A stretch of 29,612 nucleotides of DNA, from positions 1 through 29,612 of the IMG/VR virus record IMGVR_UViG_3300017912_001229; one strand, given 5' to 3'. Position numbers and translations under genes: made by a program. How positions within the stretch are numbered: the stretch's first letter is position 1; each line of letters opens with the position of its first letter. The DNA is from a virus. Lineage: Duplodnaviria > Caudoviricetes. The notes below the pieces were generated by a model. The model was given only the letters and a program-made list of their open reading frames with translations. It was not told the DNA's origin and searched no databases. Below are positions 9,117 to 17,434 of this stretch, piece by piece.

Positions 9117-9751
9117 ATTCTCGGATTCACGTCGATACGGTCAAAGTTTATGGTGGGTGTAGAAGTTCCACCAGCAACCGAATCAGAGTTAGGGTCGCCC
9201 CAACGAATCTTGGCCCCGTCGATGTCAGCCATGAACTCGAAAGCAACATCACCTGAGAAGTCGGTTTGTAATTGCGTGTCGGTATACTTGAGATTCGATG
9301 CCCTATCGAACCGCGCAAGCTCTGATTCCGCTGTGAGAGAGATCACATCCCCACCACTCGCGCCCACGGAGACATTCATCTGATCCATCGCGCCTTCAAA
9401 GACGATAGTGGGATCAGCGAGCAACACATCGTCTGCGTCCAATACACCCAGATAAACCTTTACAGGGTGCATGTAATAGTCTTCGGTCAGCGCGGCACCT
9501 GAGATGGTCGCGTCCAATCCAGAGAGCGAGAGGGTTATTTTGTAAGGGCTAACGTCTGCGCCTTCCTCAATCTGGCTGATTTCTCCTAAATCACCCACAC
9601 CCAGCCAGTCATGCCCGCCCCATGTGTAAGTGCCGATAGAGTTATGCAGGTACACCGTCCCAGATGGAAACTGCAACTCGGCAAACGTGACCAGTGCAAC
9701 GTGTTGCGATGCAAGCGCAGTCAGGACATTGGCAGGAAAACCACGGCTCAT
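9113..9751 (-). CDS. Tail hub / minor tail protein (gpL/DUF2163-like)
   Basis: YTWGGHDWLGVG, ITLSLSG, FEGAMD, Q...F.GD..FEF motifs; synteny. Confidence 0.75.
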   Translation of the reverse strand: MSRGFPANVLTALASQHVALVTFAELQFPSGTVYLHNSIGTYTWGGHDWLGVGDLGEISQIEEGADVSPYKITLSLSGLDATISGAALTEDYYMHPVKVYLGVLDADDVLLADPTIVFEGAMDQMNVSVGASGGDVISLTAESELARFDRASNLKYTDTQLQTDFSGDVAFEFMADIDGAKIRWGDPNSDSVAGGTSTPTINFDRIDVNPRM

Positions 9752-10347
9752 GCTAGAACGTCCTCGACCGCCTCAATGTTAAAGCTGGACGTTATGTCTG
9801 CCTGCGTGTCCCAGGATGCAGGGCCAGCGAGCATGAATACACCAGTAACCGGAGCTGTGTAGTCCACAATCGTATCGTCTGCTGGCGTTTTGCGTATTGG
9901 AGGTGCAATTGACAAGGTAACATTGCCAGAACCGTCAGAGTTTGCATCAGCGACAACCATGTGAAGTTCGTTGTTAAACGAGATGTAGTCACCGGCTCTG
10001 AGGTAATTATTCACGCTCGCAGTAGCACCATCGCAGACCAAACTGGTACCCGATTGAGTACCACCGTTGACTCTTAAATCGCCACCACCCGCTCCCCTCA
10101 AAGTGTGAGAGTGATCCTGTAATGTGAAGCGATGCTGCTGCCCGTTTAGCTTTACCACGAAGGCTTGCAGAACCTTGCGATCAGCCCCTGATAGGTTGTT
10201 GAACTGAAGACTAGCTCGCCACAAAGAACCCTTGCGCGATGTCGTTTGTATCGCGTTAGTCAGTGGGCTTTGAAACGTCCTGGTGTTAGCAACAAGCTCA
10301 AACGTGTTCGTCGTGGGGGTGATGCTAGGAAATGTGAATGTGGTCAT
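9748..10347 (-). CDS. Distal tail protein
   Basis: Follows tape measure; FQSPLT..IQT...GSLWRASL, LRAGDYISF, I.PPIR motifs. Confidence 0.75.
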   Translation of the reverse strand: MTTFTFPSITPTTNTFELVANTRTFQSPLTNAIQTTSRKGSLWRASLQFNNLSGADRKVLQAFVVKLNGQQHRFTLQDHSHTLRGAGGGDLRVNGGTQSGTSLVCDGATASVNNYLRAGDYISFNNELHMVVADANSDGSGNVTLSIAPPIRKTPADDTIVDYTAPVTGVFMLAGPASWDTQADITSSFNIEAVEDVLA

Positions 10348-12113
10348 ACGAACCGTCTCCGACGCATCAGGTCTTGAATCGTCATTATAGTCTGTTGGCT
10401 AGACTGGGCCATAGCGAATTTAATCTTCTGATCTACATCAGCGCCTGATCCACGAGCATCGACGTTATTGATTACCGTAACGCCCCCGCCCATCTTCTTA
10501 TTTGGAATGATAGAGCCAGACTGATTTGGAACGAACATCTCAGGCCCACGTTCACCCACCATGTAAGGGCTGCCAGCTTGTACTGGCCCACCGATGGCTC
10601 TTGCCGCTGGAGTAGCTACTCCGCCACCACCGCCGCCGGTTACAGCTTTTTTGACACGGAACAGTGCGCTAGCAATGCCGCCCGTCAATCGGTCAATGAT
10701 GTAGAACTGAATGAGTTGAACGATCATGTTCTTTATCATGGCCTTGAAAGCGTCTTTGAGGTTCCCAGTGCCCATTACTGCATTGGTAAGCGCGTCGGAG
10801 AATTGACCAAGCGTGGTGGTCGTGATCTCTTTCATCTTCGTTCTCACATCGTCGTTTGCGCTATTGAACTCCTTGATCGCGTCTGTCGCGCCTTCATAGG
10901 CTTGCTGTAGCTTCGTTATCGGTGCGGCGGGGTCATCACCTTCGGTTGTTGTCAGGCTTACAGGAACCTCTAGCGCAGCAATAGCGTCTTTCAATACTTG
11001 CTGAACACCGAACCCGAACTGGTCAACATTGATCAAGTCAACCATGTTGCCGTCTAACGCTAGCCCAGCGTCTTCCGCCGTCTTTTGCAAAGCTGCAAGC
11101 TCCGCTCTTAATTCTTTCAACCTTCCAGAACGGTTGCGCGCCATCTGGCCTGTGGCATTCTCTACATTCTCAATCGCTTCCTCGATGGCATCCATCTCAC
11201 CGACAATGCCCAGACCGAACATCCGCATAAACTCAATGCGCGCCGCGTTTATCTGATTTAACGCCGTGATGAACCCGTTTGCCATCTGAGCTACGCCACG
11301 AATAATACTCAGCAACGTGCCAAGGATATTCTTCGCAAGATTTCTAGCGAACTCGCGGAACCCTCCCTGTGATGCCGCAACCTCCTTGATCATCTCCGTG
11401 AGCTTTTCGGTGAACCCTCCAATCGCGGGAGCGAGGGCAGCAGTTACTTGGGCTGTAATTCCCGAGAAAACAGTGCCAAGCCTTGTCAGTTCATCCTTGG
11501 TATCTTCTACGCCCTTGGCTGCATCTGTAGACATGACAGCGCCTAAAAGCTCCGCTTCGCTGAACATCTCACGCAACCCAGCAGCACCAGCGTTTAAGGT
11601 CTGGATTAATGCCACACCCTCACTGTCGAAGAGCTTCATGGCAAGCCGAACTTTGTCTGCGTCCGTCTGAACGTCAGCAAAAGCATCAGCCAGCTTAATC
11701 ATCTGCTCGTCTAGGTCTAAACGGAGAAGGTCATTGGCATTCAGGCCAAGCTCGCGGATGGCGTCCTTCGCCTCACCTGTACCACGGGCAGCCTCAGCAG
11801 TTCTGCGAGTGAACCGCTGCATAGCCATGTTCAATGTTTCGGTAGAAACGCCGCTTAGATCGGCAGCAAACTGTAAGCGACTCAACGCCTCAGTGGTTGT
11901 GCCGATACGGTTAGCAGTCTTCGCCAGAGCGTCTGTAGCGTCCAGAGAGCGCGATATGAGCAAACCTATACCGCCAACACCGGCAGCACCTATAAACGCC
12001 GTCTTGAGGTTTATAGCGGCCCCTGCAACCGTCCCCATAGCCTTGGTGATCCCGCGAAAAGCTCCTTTCGTCAGATCAACCGCTTTTATCTTGATTAGGA
12101 CATCGTTAGCCAT
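10344..12113 (-). CDS. Tape measure protein
   Basis: 589 aa, Ala-rich helical; C-terminal RAIGGPV..GSPYMVGERGPEMFVP signature. Confidence 0.92.
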   Translation of the reverse strand: MANDVLIKIKAVDLTKGAFRGITKAMGTVAGAAINLKTAFIGAAGVGGIGLLISRSLDATDALAKTANRIGTTTEALSRLQFAADLSGVSTETLNMAMQRFTRRTAEAARGTGEAKDAIRELGLNANDLLRLDLDEQMIKLADAFADVQTDADKVRLAMKLFDSEGVALIQTLNAGAAGLREMFSEAELLGAVMSTDAAKGVEDTKDELTRLGTVFSGITAQVTAALAPAIGGFTEKLTEMIKEVAASQGGFREFARNLAKNILGTLLSIIRGVAQMANGFITALNQINAARIEFMRMFGLGIVGEMDAIEEAIENVENATGQMARNRSGRLKELRAELAALQKTAEDAGLALDGNMVDLINVDQFGFGVQQVLKDAIAALEVPVSLTTTEGDDPAAPITKLQQAYEGATDAIKEFNSANDDVRTKMKEITTTTLGQFSDALTNAVMGTGNLKDAFKAMIKNMIVQLIQFYIIDRLTGGIASALFRVKKAVTGGGGGGVATPAARAIGGPVQAGSPYMVGERGPEMFVPNQSGSIIPNKKMGGGVTVINNVDARGSGADVDQKIKFAMAQSSQQTIMTIQDLMRRRRFV

Positions 12114-12258
12114 CTTCTTCCTCGCCTCTAATCTTGTAGAAGGCTAGCCACTCGTTGAATTCAGACAACGACATCTGCTCGGCCTCTGCGATGCTCATGT
12201 GTAGCCGATCCGCCAAGGCAACCAGGTTAAACCTTAACGAATCGGCCCTTAGTTTTTT
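12106..12258 (-). CDS. gpT-like extension of tail assembly chaperone, reached by -1 frameshift
   Basis: -1 frame after A AAA AAC reads LRADSLRFNLVALADRLHMSIAEAEQMSLSEFNEWLAFYKIRGEEEDG to TAA at 12106-12108; absent from ORF track. Confidence 0.85.
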   Translation of the reverse strand, partial: KKLRADSLRFNLVALADRLHMSIAEAEQMSLSEFNEWLAFYKIRGEEEDG

Positions 12259-12599
12259 TCCTGATCCTCAACGGACTGGATCTCAGCGAACATCTGCTCT
12301 GCTATTGCCGAGATGACACTGGTTTCCTCACCCATCAAATCCATGCGGTCTTCTGCCGCAGTGAACAACCTATCTCCGCTCTCGTCGCTGGCCTTCATAA
12401 CAATGAGGTCAATCATCGCTGAGATGGTGGTGTTCTCCATGAACTTGGGGTGCTTCTTTTGAAGCTCGCTGATGTCGTAGCAAGTAATCGGGTAGCAGTA
12501 CATGGCAAAGGGCTGTCCATCAGGATCAGCCCATGCCTCTACCTCGATCTTTCGAGCATTCACTTTTCTTCTGTTTCGTAAATCTTTAGCTAGTCCCAT
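12249..12599 (-). CDS. Tail assembly chaperone (gpG-like)
   Basis: Between tail tube and tape measure, ends EKN at slippery site. Confidence 0.85.
   Translation of the reverse strand: MGLAKDLRNRRKVNARKIEVEAWADPDGQPFAMYCYPITCYDISELQKKHPKFMENTTISAMIDLIVMKASDESGDRLFTAAEDRMDLMGEETSVISAIAEQMFAEIQSVEDQEKN
12252..12258 (-). promoter_or_regulatory. -1 ribosomal frameshift slippery heptamer A AAA AAC
   Basis: GAA AAA AAC TAA ends the chaperone gene; canonical lambda G/GT arrangement. Confidence 0.85.
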
Positions 12600-12608
12600 T
12601 AGTATTCC

Positions 12609-13010
12609 TTATGCGGTGGCTTCGGTAATCGCTCCAGACACTTGCAGTGCGAAGCTGCCTTCCACCATACCATCAAAAGAAGCCGTTAGAGACTTGCTAG
12701 TTACGATCCCCCCGCCGCTGTAATACTTCTCACCAGTGCCGGTTCCCGTTGGGTACAGTTCCCAATCTAGGTCTGCGCCAGAATCCATTACCAGCTGGAC
12801 GGTATCTGCATCGTCCCAGTAAACGTCCATAGAAAGCGTTGCAGAGGTGAGAGAGGATAAATAAGTGCGGGCACTATCACCCATCACACTATCTTCAATC
12901 GTGTCTGCCGTTTCATCCAAGGTGAAGCTGCGAACCTCACCCATAGCAGCGACACTGCCGCCGTCTACCGCCAATTTGACTACGCCGCTTGAGCCTTTAG
13001 TCGTTGCCAT
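12609..13010 (-). CDS. Major tail tube protein
   Basis: GEVRSFTLDETADTIEDSVMGD, YYSGGGIVTS, FDGMVEGSF..Q.SGAI motifs; SD GAGGTG. Confidence 0.88.
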   Translation of the reverse strand: MATTKGSSGVVKLAVDGGSVAAMGEVRSFTLDETADTIEDSVMGDSARTYLSSLTSATLSMDVYWDDADTVQLVMDSGADLDWELYPTGTGTGEKYYSGGGIVTSKSLTASFDGMVEGSFALQVSGAITEATA

Positions 13011-13021
13011 GTTTCACCTCT

Positions 13022-13456
13022 TTAGGTTGTGCCACGTGTGTACTGGTACTCAATTCGTACCGTTAAAATCACCCCACCGATGGGGGTAATACTGCCATCG
13101 TCGGTTTCTACGCTGACAATCTGAGTGTCAATTGCGAAGCCACCGCGAGATCTGTCCTCGTCGAGCTTTTCTTCTATAGCCTCAACGATATTATTCCTTG
13201 CTTGGTCTAAGCCTGTCCCTTTCACATAACAGACAAGCTCATAATCAATGGTGCCAAACCGCTGAGTAATGCTCCCACCCACAGTTCCATCTTCTCGGTT
13301 CTCGTTTGTTGTTCTGACTAGCACTGCTGGATATTGCGCGTTGCTTAACTTGTCAAAATCAAACGGCTCCCTGGTAACAAACTTAATATCTGTTGGCGTG
13401 GTCACTGATTGCAGCGTTGTAACCAAGTTGCCTGCAATGCTCTCTCTCACACTCAC
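13022..13456 (-). CDS. Tail terminator / tail completion protein
   Basis: MSVRESI N-terminus, YPAVLV, RGGFAIDT; immediately upstream of tube gene. Confidence 0.75.
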   Translation of the reverse strand: MSVRESIAGNLVTTLQSVTTPTDIKFVTREPFDFDKLSNAQYPAVLVRTTNENREDGTVGGSITQRFGTIDYELVCYVKGTGLDQARNNIVEAIEEKLDEDRSRGGFAIDTQIVSVETDDGSITPIGGVILTVRIEYQYTRGTT

Positions 13457-13941
13457 TTGTCGATCTCCTTACGGAACAAAGCGACAAGACGATTCTCCTC
13501 TCTGCGATTGAACCCAAAAAACGGCCTTGTTCTGTCGTTAAATGCGGCCTTCTTTGCTGCGTCTGGGTTGTCAAAGTAGATGTTTGCAGTTCTGCTATCA
13601 GCCTGCCGAACCTGCATAGACCGAAGCATTTGGCCTGTGGCGTTTAGATTAACCTTCTTTGGGTCAACCTTTTGTAGCTCATATTTTCTGTATGCAAGAT
13701 ACCCAGAACCCTTTTTCTTTTTGTCACCCTTCCAAAACCCTTTGGTAAGGCTTCCAGAATAAGGCTTGAACGGGCCATCAATGCCTCGCCCTTTCTCTGT
13801 GCGCTGAAGGATTATCTGCTTACCTAGCGTGCCCACGCGCCCGATGGCGCGATCAATCCCACGCTTAACGTCCCGCTCCTCCTGCCTTGCAATCTTGGCG
13901 AGGTCTCGCGGCCTGATTGTTAGGCTAAGACCGAAGCTCAT
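13453..13941 (-). CDS. Neck / tail completion protein (virion morphogenesis family)
   Basis: FKPYS, VNLNATGQMLRSM, RPFFG motifs. Confidence 0.75.
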   Translation of the reverse strand: MSFGLSLTIRPRDLAKIARQEERDVKRGIDRAIGRVGTLGKQIILQRTEKGRGIDGPFKPYSGSLTKGFWKGDKKKKGSGYLAYRKYELQKVDPKKVNLNATGQMLRSMQVRQADSRTANIYFDNPDAAKKAAFNDRTRPFFGFNRREENRLVALFRKEIDK

Positions 13942-14351
13942 CTGACAAGCCGTCCATAAGAGACAATGCCGCGCTCGTCGTCTTCAATCGTGCCTGAGTT
14001 GTCGTCGTCGTACTCCACACCGTCAGCAAACACCGCAGTCAGTTCCTCTTGATAGCGCTGCTGGTAGAACTGAATCATGTTCAGAAAGCGATCATCTTGT
14101 ACCCAGTTCGTAAGCTGAGGGAGGGCAAACTTCCACAACACCAGATAGGCATTGCATCGCGTCCACTGGGAATCAGTCAGGTATGCGGGAACCATTTCCC
14201 CAGGAATCTGCTTCTTGTACCACCACTCATTTCTGATGGTGCGAGTCAGGTCGGTCTGCGCTTTCGCGTGTTCAGTCGCAAAAGATGTGATGCCGAAGCC
14301 CAAGATGTCAGGGACAAGGGCCACCAGATCAGAGTCTTGAGAAAATGCCAT
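13938..14351 (-). CDS. Head-tail adaptor protein
   Basis: Start reassigned to ATG at 14351 (TAATG overlap), MAFSQDSDL; position after capsid. Confidence 0.7.
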   Translation of the reverse strand: MAFSQDSDLVALVPDILGFGITSFATEHAKAQTDLTRTIRNEWWYKKQIPGEMVPAYLTDSQWTRCNAYLVLWKFALPQLTNWVQDDRFLNMIQFYQQRYQEELTAVFADGVEYDDDNSGTIEDDERGIVSYGRLVR

Positions 14352-14638
14352 TACCACTTCACCTTGTCGGCCCAATAAGCAGCCGATGCTGTTTTGTCTC
14401 TGCGCCCTGCGGCTATCTGCTTGGCAAACCTAGCCTTAAACGCTCTGCGCTTTGCTTTGTCTGCTTCACTCTCACCCTTGCGAGGGGGCTTGTTATCGGC
14501 ACCCTGCTGCCCAAAGCGTATCAGACGAACCTTGTCGCCTTCCTTAGCCAATACTGCATGGCTCTTCTCTGGGTGCTTAGGTGTGCGCTTAGGCTTGTTG
14601 TAGCCTTCGAACCGCTCGCCTCGGTAAGTTATAGCCAA
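14351..14638 (-). CDS. Conserved basic phage protein (IRFGQQG...RRAFKARF...SAAYWADKVKW)
   Basis: Start reassigned to TTG at 14638 with GGAGG 5 nt upstream; Lys/Arg-rich. Confidence 0.75.
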   Translation of the reverse strand: MAITYRGERFEGYNKPKRTPKHPEKSHAVLAKEGDKVRLIRFGQQGADNKPPRKGESEADKAKRRAFKARFAKQIAAGRRDKTASAAYWADKVKW

Positions 14639-14648
14639 CAGAACCTCC

Positions 14649-14694
14649 AAAAAGGGACAGCCCCACCCCAAGGAGAGAAGGGGCAGGGCCGTCC
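14649..14694 (-). terminator. Rho-independent terminator after major capsid gene
   Basis: 15-bp stem with G-U pairs (GGACGGCCCUGCCCC / GGGGUGGGGCUGUCC), 10-nt loop, followed by CUUUUU. Confidence 0.75.
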
Positions 14695-14701
14695 AAACGC
14701 T

Positions 14702-15535
14702 TTAGATCGTTGCGTCGAACAACATCTCAACGCCATAGCTGTCATCAAGCTCGCCCACACCATAAATGGCGGTAGCGTTAAGCTCGAAGGCGCGTAATGA
14801 CGCGTCGCGTTGTGCTTCGATTTGGAAGTCGCGCTTCATAGCGATAGCCAAAGCCTCGCGTGAGAAGACAGCGCCTTTCGCGTCACCAGAACCATCAACG
14901 GTTACGTTTGCAGACTCGTAAACGTCGATGCCAGCGATGGTGCCTACGTAAGAGTTAACCATAGCCGTGTTCTGCGCGTCACCACCATTGGGGTTAGCGA
15001 AGGTATTGGTTAGGTTAGCTTTCAGTTGGTACGCCTGGAAAGGGTTAACAACCGCGAAGATCTCGCCTTGTGCCTTGTTGTTACGCAAGGTAGCAGCAGC
15101 CTTGAACAGATCAGCAACAGTGATCTCTTGAGCGGCAGCGCCCAGAGCAGTGCTGAATCCGTCAAACAATGCGATCAGGTCTGTGTCCATCTTGGTAGCG
15201 ATAGCGTTACCCAGTACGGTACCCAACTCTTCAGCAGGGTTGCCAGCACCCATGGCAGCCAAGTCAGTCAGAACTACTTGTGCGCCCACCTCACCAACGG
15301 AGATTGAGACAGAAGAAGTTGAGACAGTCGTGCTGCTCATATCGGTGCCTTCGGTCAGGTCAGCGGCAGTGATTGCAGGGTACTTAGGCACCTGAATCGT
15401 CTTGCCAGCTTCGTCGCCGATGTTGTACATAGTAACGAGGCCCATCATTAGGGACTCTTCTTCAGCAGTGAATCGTGCCTGTGCGATGATATTCGCAAAC
15501 AGGTCGTCAAGGGTTGTGCTCGTTGTAGCAGCCAT
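14702..15535 (-). CDS. Major capsid protein (HK97 fold, compact 277 aa)
   Basis: After scaffold; GKTIQVPKY, LTEGTD, GNAIATKMDTD, VGTIAGIDVYES, EAQRDAS, YGVGEL motifs. Confidence 0.9.
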   Translation of the reverse strand: MAATTSTTLDDLFANIIAQARFTAEEESLMMGLVTMYNIGDEAGKTIQVPKYPAITAADLTEGTDMSSTTVSTSSVSISVGEVGAQVVLTDLAAMGAGNPAEELGTVLGNAIATKMDTDLIALFDGFSTALGAAAQEITVADLFKAAATLRNNKAQGEIFAVVNPFQAYQLKANLTNTFANPNGGDAQNTAMVNSYVGTIAGIDVYESANVTVDGSGDAKGAVFSREALAIAMKRDFQIEAQRDASLRAFELNATAIYGVGELDDSYGVEMLFDATI

Positions 15536-15564
15536 GATTTATGTCCTATATCAAAAAAAGTGGT

Positions 15565-16230
15565 TTATTTGTTTGCTTTCTTGTAAGCGCGGAATGCCTC
15601 GGCACCGCCGTCCTTCCAGTTAGCAACCATGTCAGCCACAGATATAGGCTTCTGCGTGGAGCCACCAGCCATCCCTTGTGTGCCAGCACCTCCAGCGGAG
15701 GCTCTGACGAAATGAGGGTTCGCCGTAAGAAAGTCACCCACCGCCTCATCAACTGAGAGGGGGGAGCCTTTATCGTTGTATCTGATAGCTCCGTTATCGT
15801 CTAGGACTTCAACCGAACCATCGTCCGAAAGTCTTACACGATTCCGTAGCAACTGCGATACCTGTTCAGAATCTACAGCATTGTGCCTGCTTGCCGCCGA
15901 CAACAAAGCACCGTCAATTTTGGTGCTTTCTAGGGCCGTTTGCATTGCAGCAATCTGCTGATCCTTCTTTTCGACAGTCTGCTTAAGTACCTGCTCGAAC
16001 TCGCCTTTTTCCTTTTGGCGTTCAATCTGCGCCTGCTCACGCTCAAGCATGATCTGGCGAGCTTCCTCGATGTCGATACCTTCTAGCTTCTTGTCTAGCT
16101 TGCGCCTTTCCCTAGCGACTCGATCCGCAACAATGCGGTCAAGCTCCTCTTGGGTGAACGTTTTAGCTTCCTGAGCTATTTCTTGTGCTGGCTCAGTATC
16201 AGCACTTTCTTCCATGATCTCATCGCTCAT
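15565..16230 (-). CDS. Capsid scaffolding protein
   Basis: KTFTQEELDRIVADRVARER signature, coiled coil, NPHFV; start reassigned to ATG at 16230. Confidence 0.85.
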   Translation of the reverse strand: MSDEIMEESADTEPAQEIAQEAKTFTQEELDRIVADRVARERRKLDKKLEGIDIEEARQIMLEREQAQIERQKEKGEFEQVLKQTVEKKDQQIAAMQTALESTKIDGALLSAASRHNAVDSEQVSQLLRNRVRLSDDGSVEVLDDNGAIRYNDKGSPLSVDEAVGDFLTANPHFVRASAGGAGTQGMAGGSTQKPISVADMVANWKDGGAEAFRAYKKANK

Positions 16231-16255
16231 GTGCGAACCTCTTTCGAGTGGGGGC

Positions 16256-16282
16256 ATTATACCAGCTTCACAGGGATGTCAA
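16256..16282 (-). promoter_or_regulatory. Sigma70-type promoter for scaffold-capsid genes: TTGACA-15 nt-TATAAT with extended TG
   Basis: Perfect hexamers on minus strand at 16282-16277 and 16261-16256; TGGTATAAT. Confidence 0.7.
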
Positions 16283-16292
16283 TAGCTGATGG

Positions 16293-16370
16293 TTATTTTT
16301 TAGTCCTCTTGGGCTTGTTCATTGTCTTTTTCTTCTTCTTGTTCTTGCTGTGTCCGTAATGGCTCGGCAT
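16293..16370 (-). CDS. 25-aa lysine-rich peptide MPSHYGHSKNKKKKKTMNKPKRTKK overlapping the upstream gene
   Basis: GAGGAG 8 nt before ATG; open to TAA at 16293; not in ORF track. Confidence 0.6.
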   Translation of the reverse strand: MPSHYGHSKNKKKKKTMNKPKRTKK

Positions 16371-16554
16371 CTTTCTTGCTCCTCGTTTTTTTAGGTAATG
16401 GCAGCAACTCATCCACGATTGCATATAACTCATCGAAGTCTGGCATTTCGTCTTCCGGTGCAGCCGCTGCCAGTGGCTCCAGTAGTTGACGAATTGCCGG
16501 TGGTATCGGTCGCCTTGCGGTCAGGTTCTTTGCTCGATCTAGCTGTTTGCTCAT
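16300..16554 (-). CDS. Hypothetical protein
   Basis: 84 aa, SD GAGGA, directly after minor head gene. Confidence 0.7.
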   Translation of the reverse strand: MSKQLDRAKNLTARRPIPPAIRQLLEPLAAAAPEDEMPDFDELYAIVDELLPLPKKTRSKKDAEPLRTQQEQEEEKDNEQAQED

Positions 16555-16555
16555 G

Positions 16556-17434
16556 TTATTCCTCTACGATGGGTAGCCATTGATGACGGCAGTTGTAACC
16601 CCCTCTCACTAGGAATGGATCACCTGGGGCTTTGCCTGCCCAGCTTCCAGCCCAGATCCGATCTATTTCCTCCCTTGTGTACTCTTTGCCCACATGCTTT
16701 TTGCAAAACTCGCGGCTGTCTCGAATGACATCACCGTAGTACTCAAAACGGTCGATGCCTTGCTCGTTAGCCGTTGTCGCAGTGAGTGATGCTGAAAATT
16801 GATTGAGCGAGTCTGTTGCGTAAGCTGTCGCATAACGCCTGAGATTATTGCCAAGCCTGTCAGCGCTATAAACTGAATGGAGTCTATCAATCGCCGCCTG
16901 TTGTCTGGCTCCAGTTGCGTTTTGAGCCACTTCAACAAGTTGACGAATCTCCTCTTGATCGCTTGCTTGATAGATTCCATTTATCTGCCCTCGAAGTTCC
17001 TCAATGAAGTCAGCCTTGCTTCTGCCAATCAGCGTGGCTTGATATACACCATTCGCTAACGACTCAAGCTGACTATTCGCAAGTGCCTCGAAGCCTTGAA
17101 ACGATAGCCTCTGAAGCGCTGCAACCGCCTCTGGCGAGACTCTTGTAAATCTGGCATAGGTATTCAGCATTCTGAATTGCTCGTCTGTGACGGCTCTGTA
17201 GTCGCCCAGCATCGCCTGTACTTCTGCTAAATAGTCTTCCTCCAGTATTCGTCGCATCTCTGTTCGCGCATTCACAGCCCACTCTAGGTCAAACAGTGCG
17301 CCCTCAGCCGTGGGAGCGGAGTCGAGTTGCCTAGCAAGGTCAGCCTCAACAACAGTCAAAATATCGGCTATTCTGCGCTGGTGTTGATCTGCTAGCCGCT
17401 CTAAATAGTCGACATAGTCATCGGCTGCTGCCAT
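16556..17434 (-). CDS. Minor head protein (SPP1 gp7 / Mu gpF-like)
   Basis: Follows portal; YYGD..RDSREFC and GGYNCRHQWLP motifs. Confidence 0.85.
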   Translation of the reverse strand: MAAADDYVDYLERLADQHQRRIADILTVVEADLARQLDSAPTAEGALFDLEWAVNARTEMRRILEEDYLAEVQAMLGDYRAVTDEQFRMLNTYARFTRVSPEAVAALQRLSFQGFEALANSQLESLANGVYQATLIGRSKADFIEELRGQINGIYQASDQEEIRQLVEVAQNATGARQQAAIDRLHSVYSADRLGNNLRRYATAYATDSLNQFSASLTATTANEQGIDRFEYYGDVIRDSREFCKKHVGKEYTREEIDRIWAGSWAGKAPGDPFLVRGGYNCRHQWLPIVEE

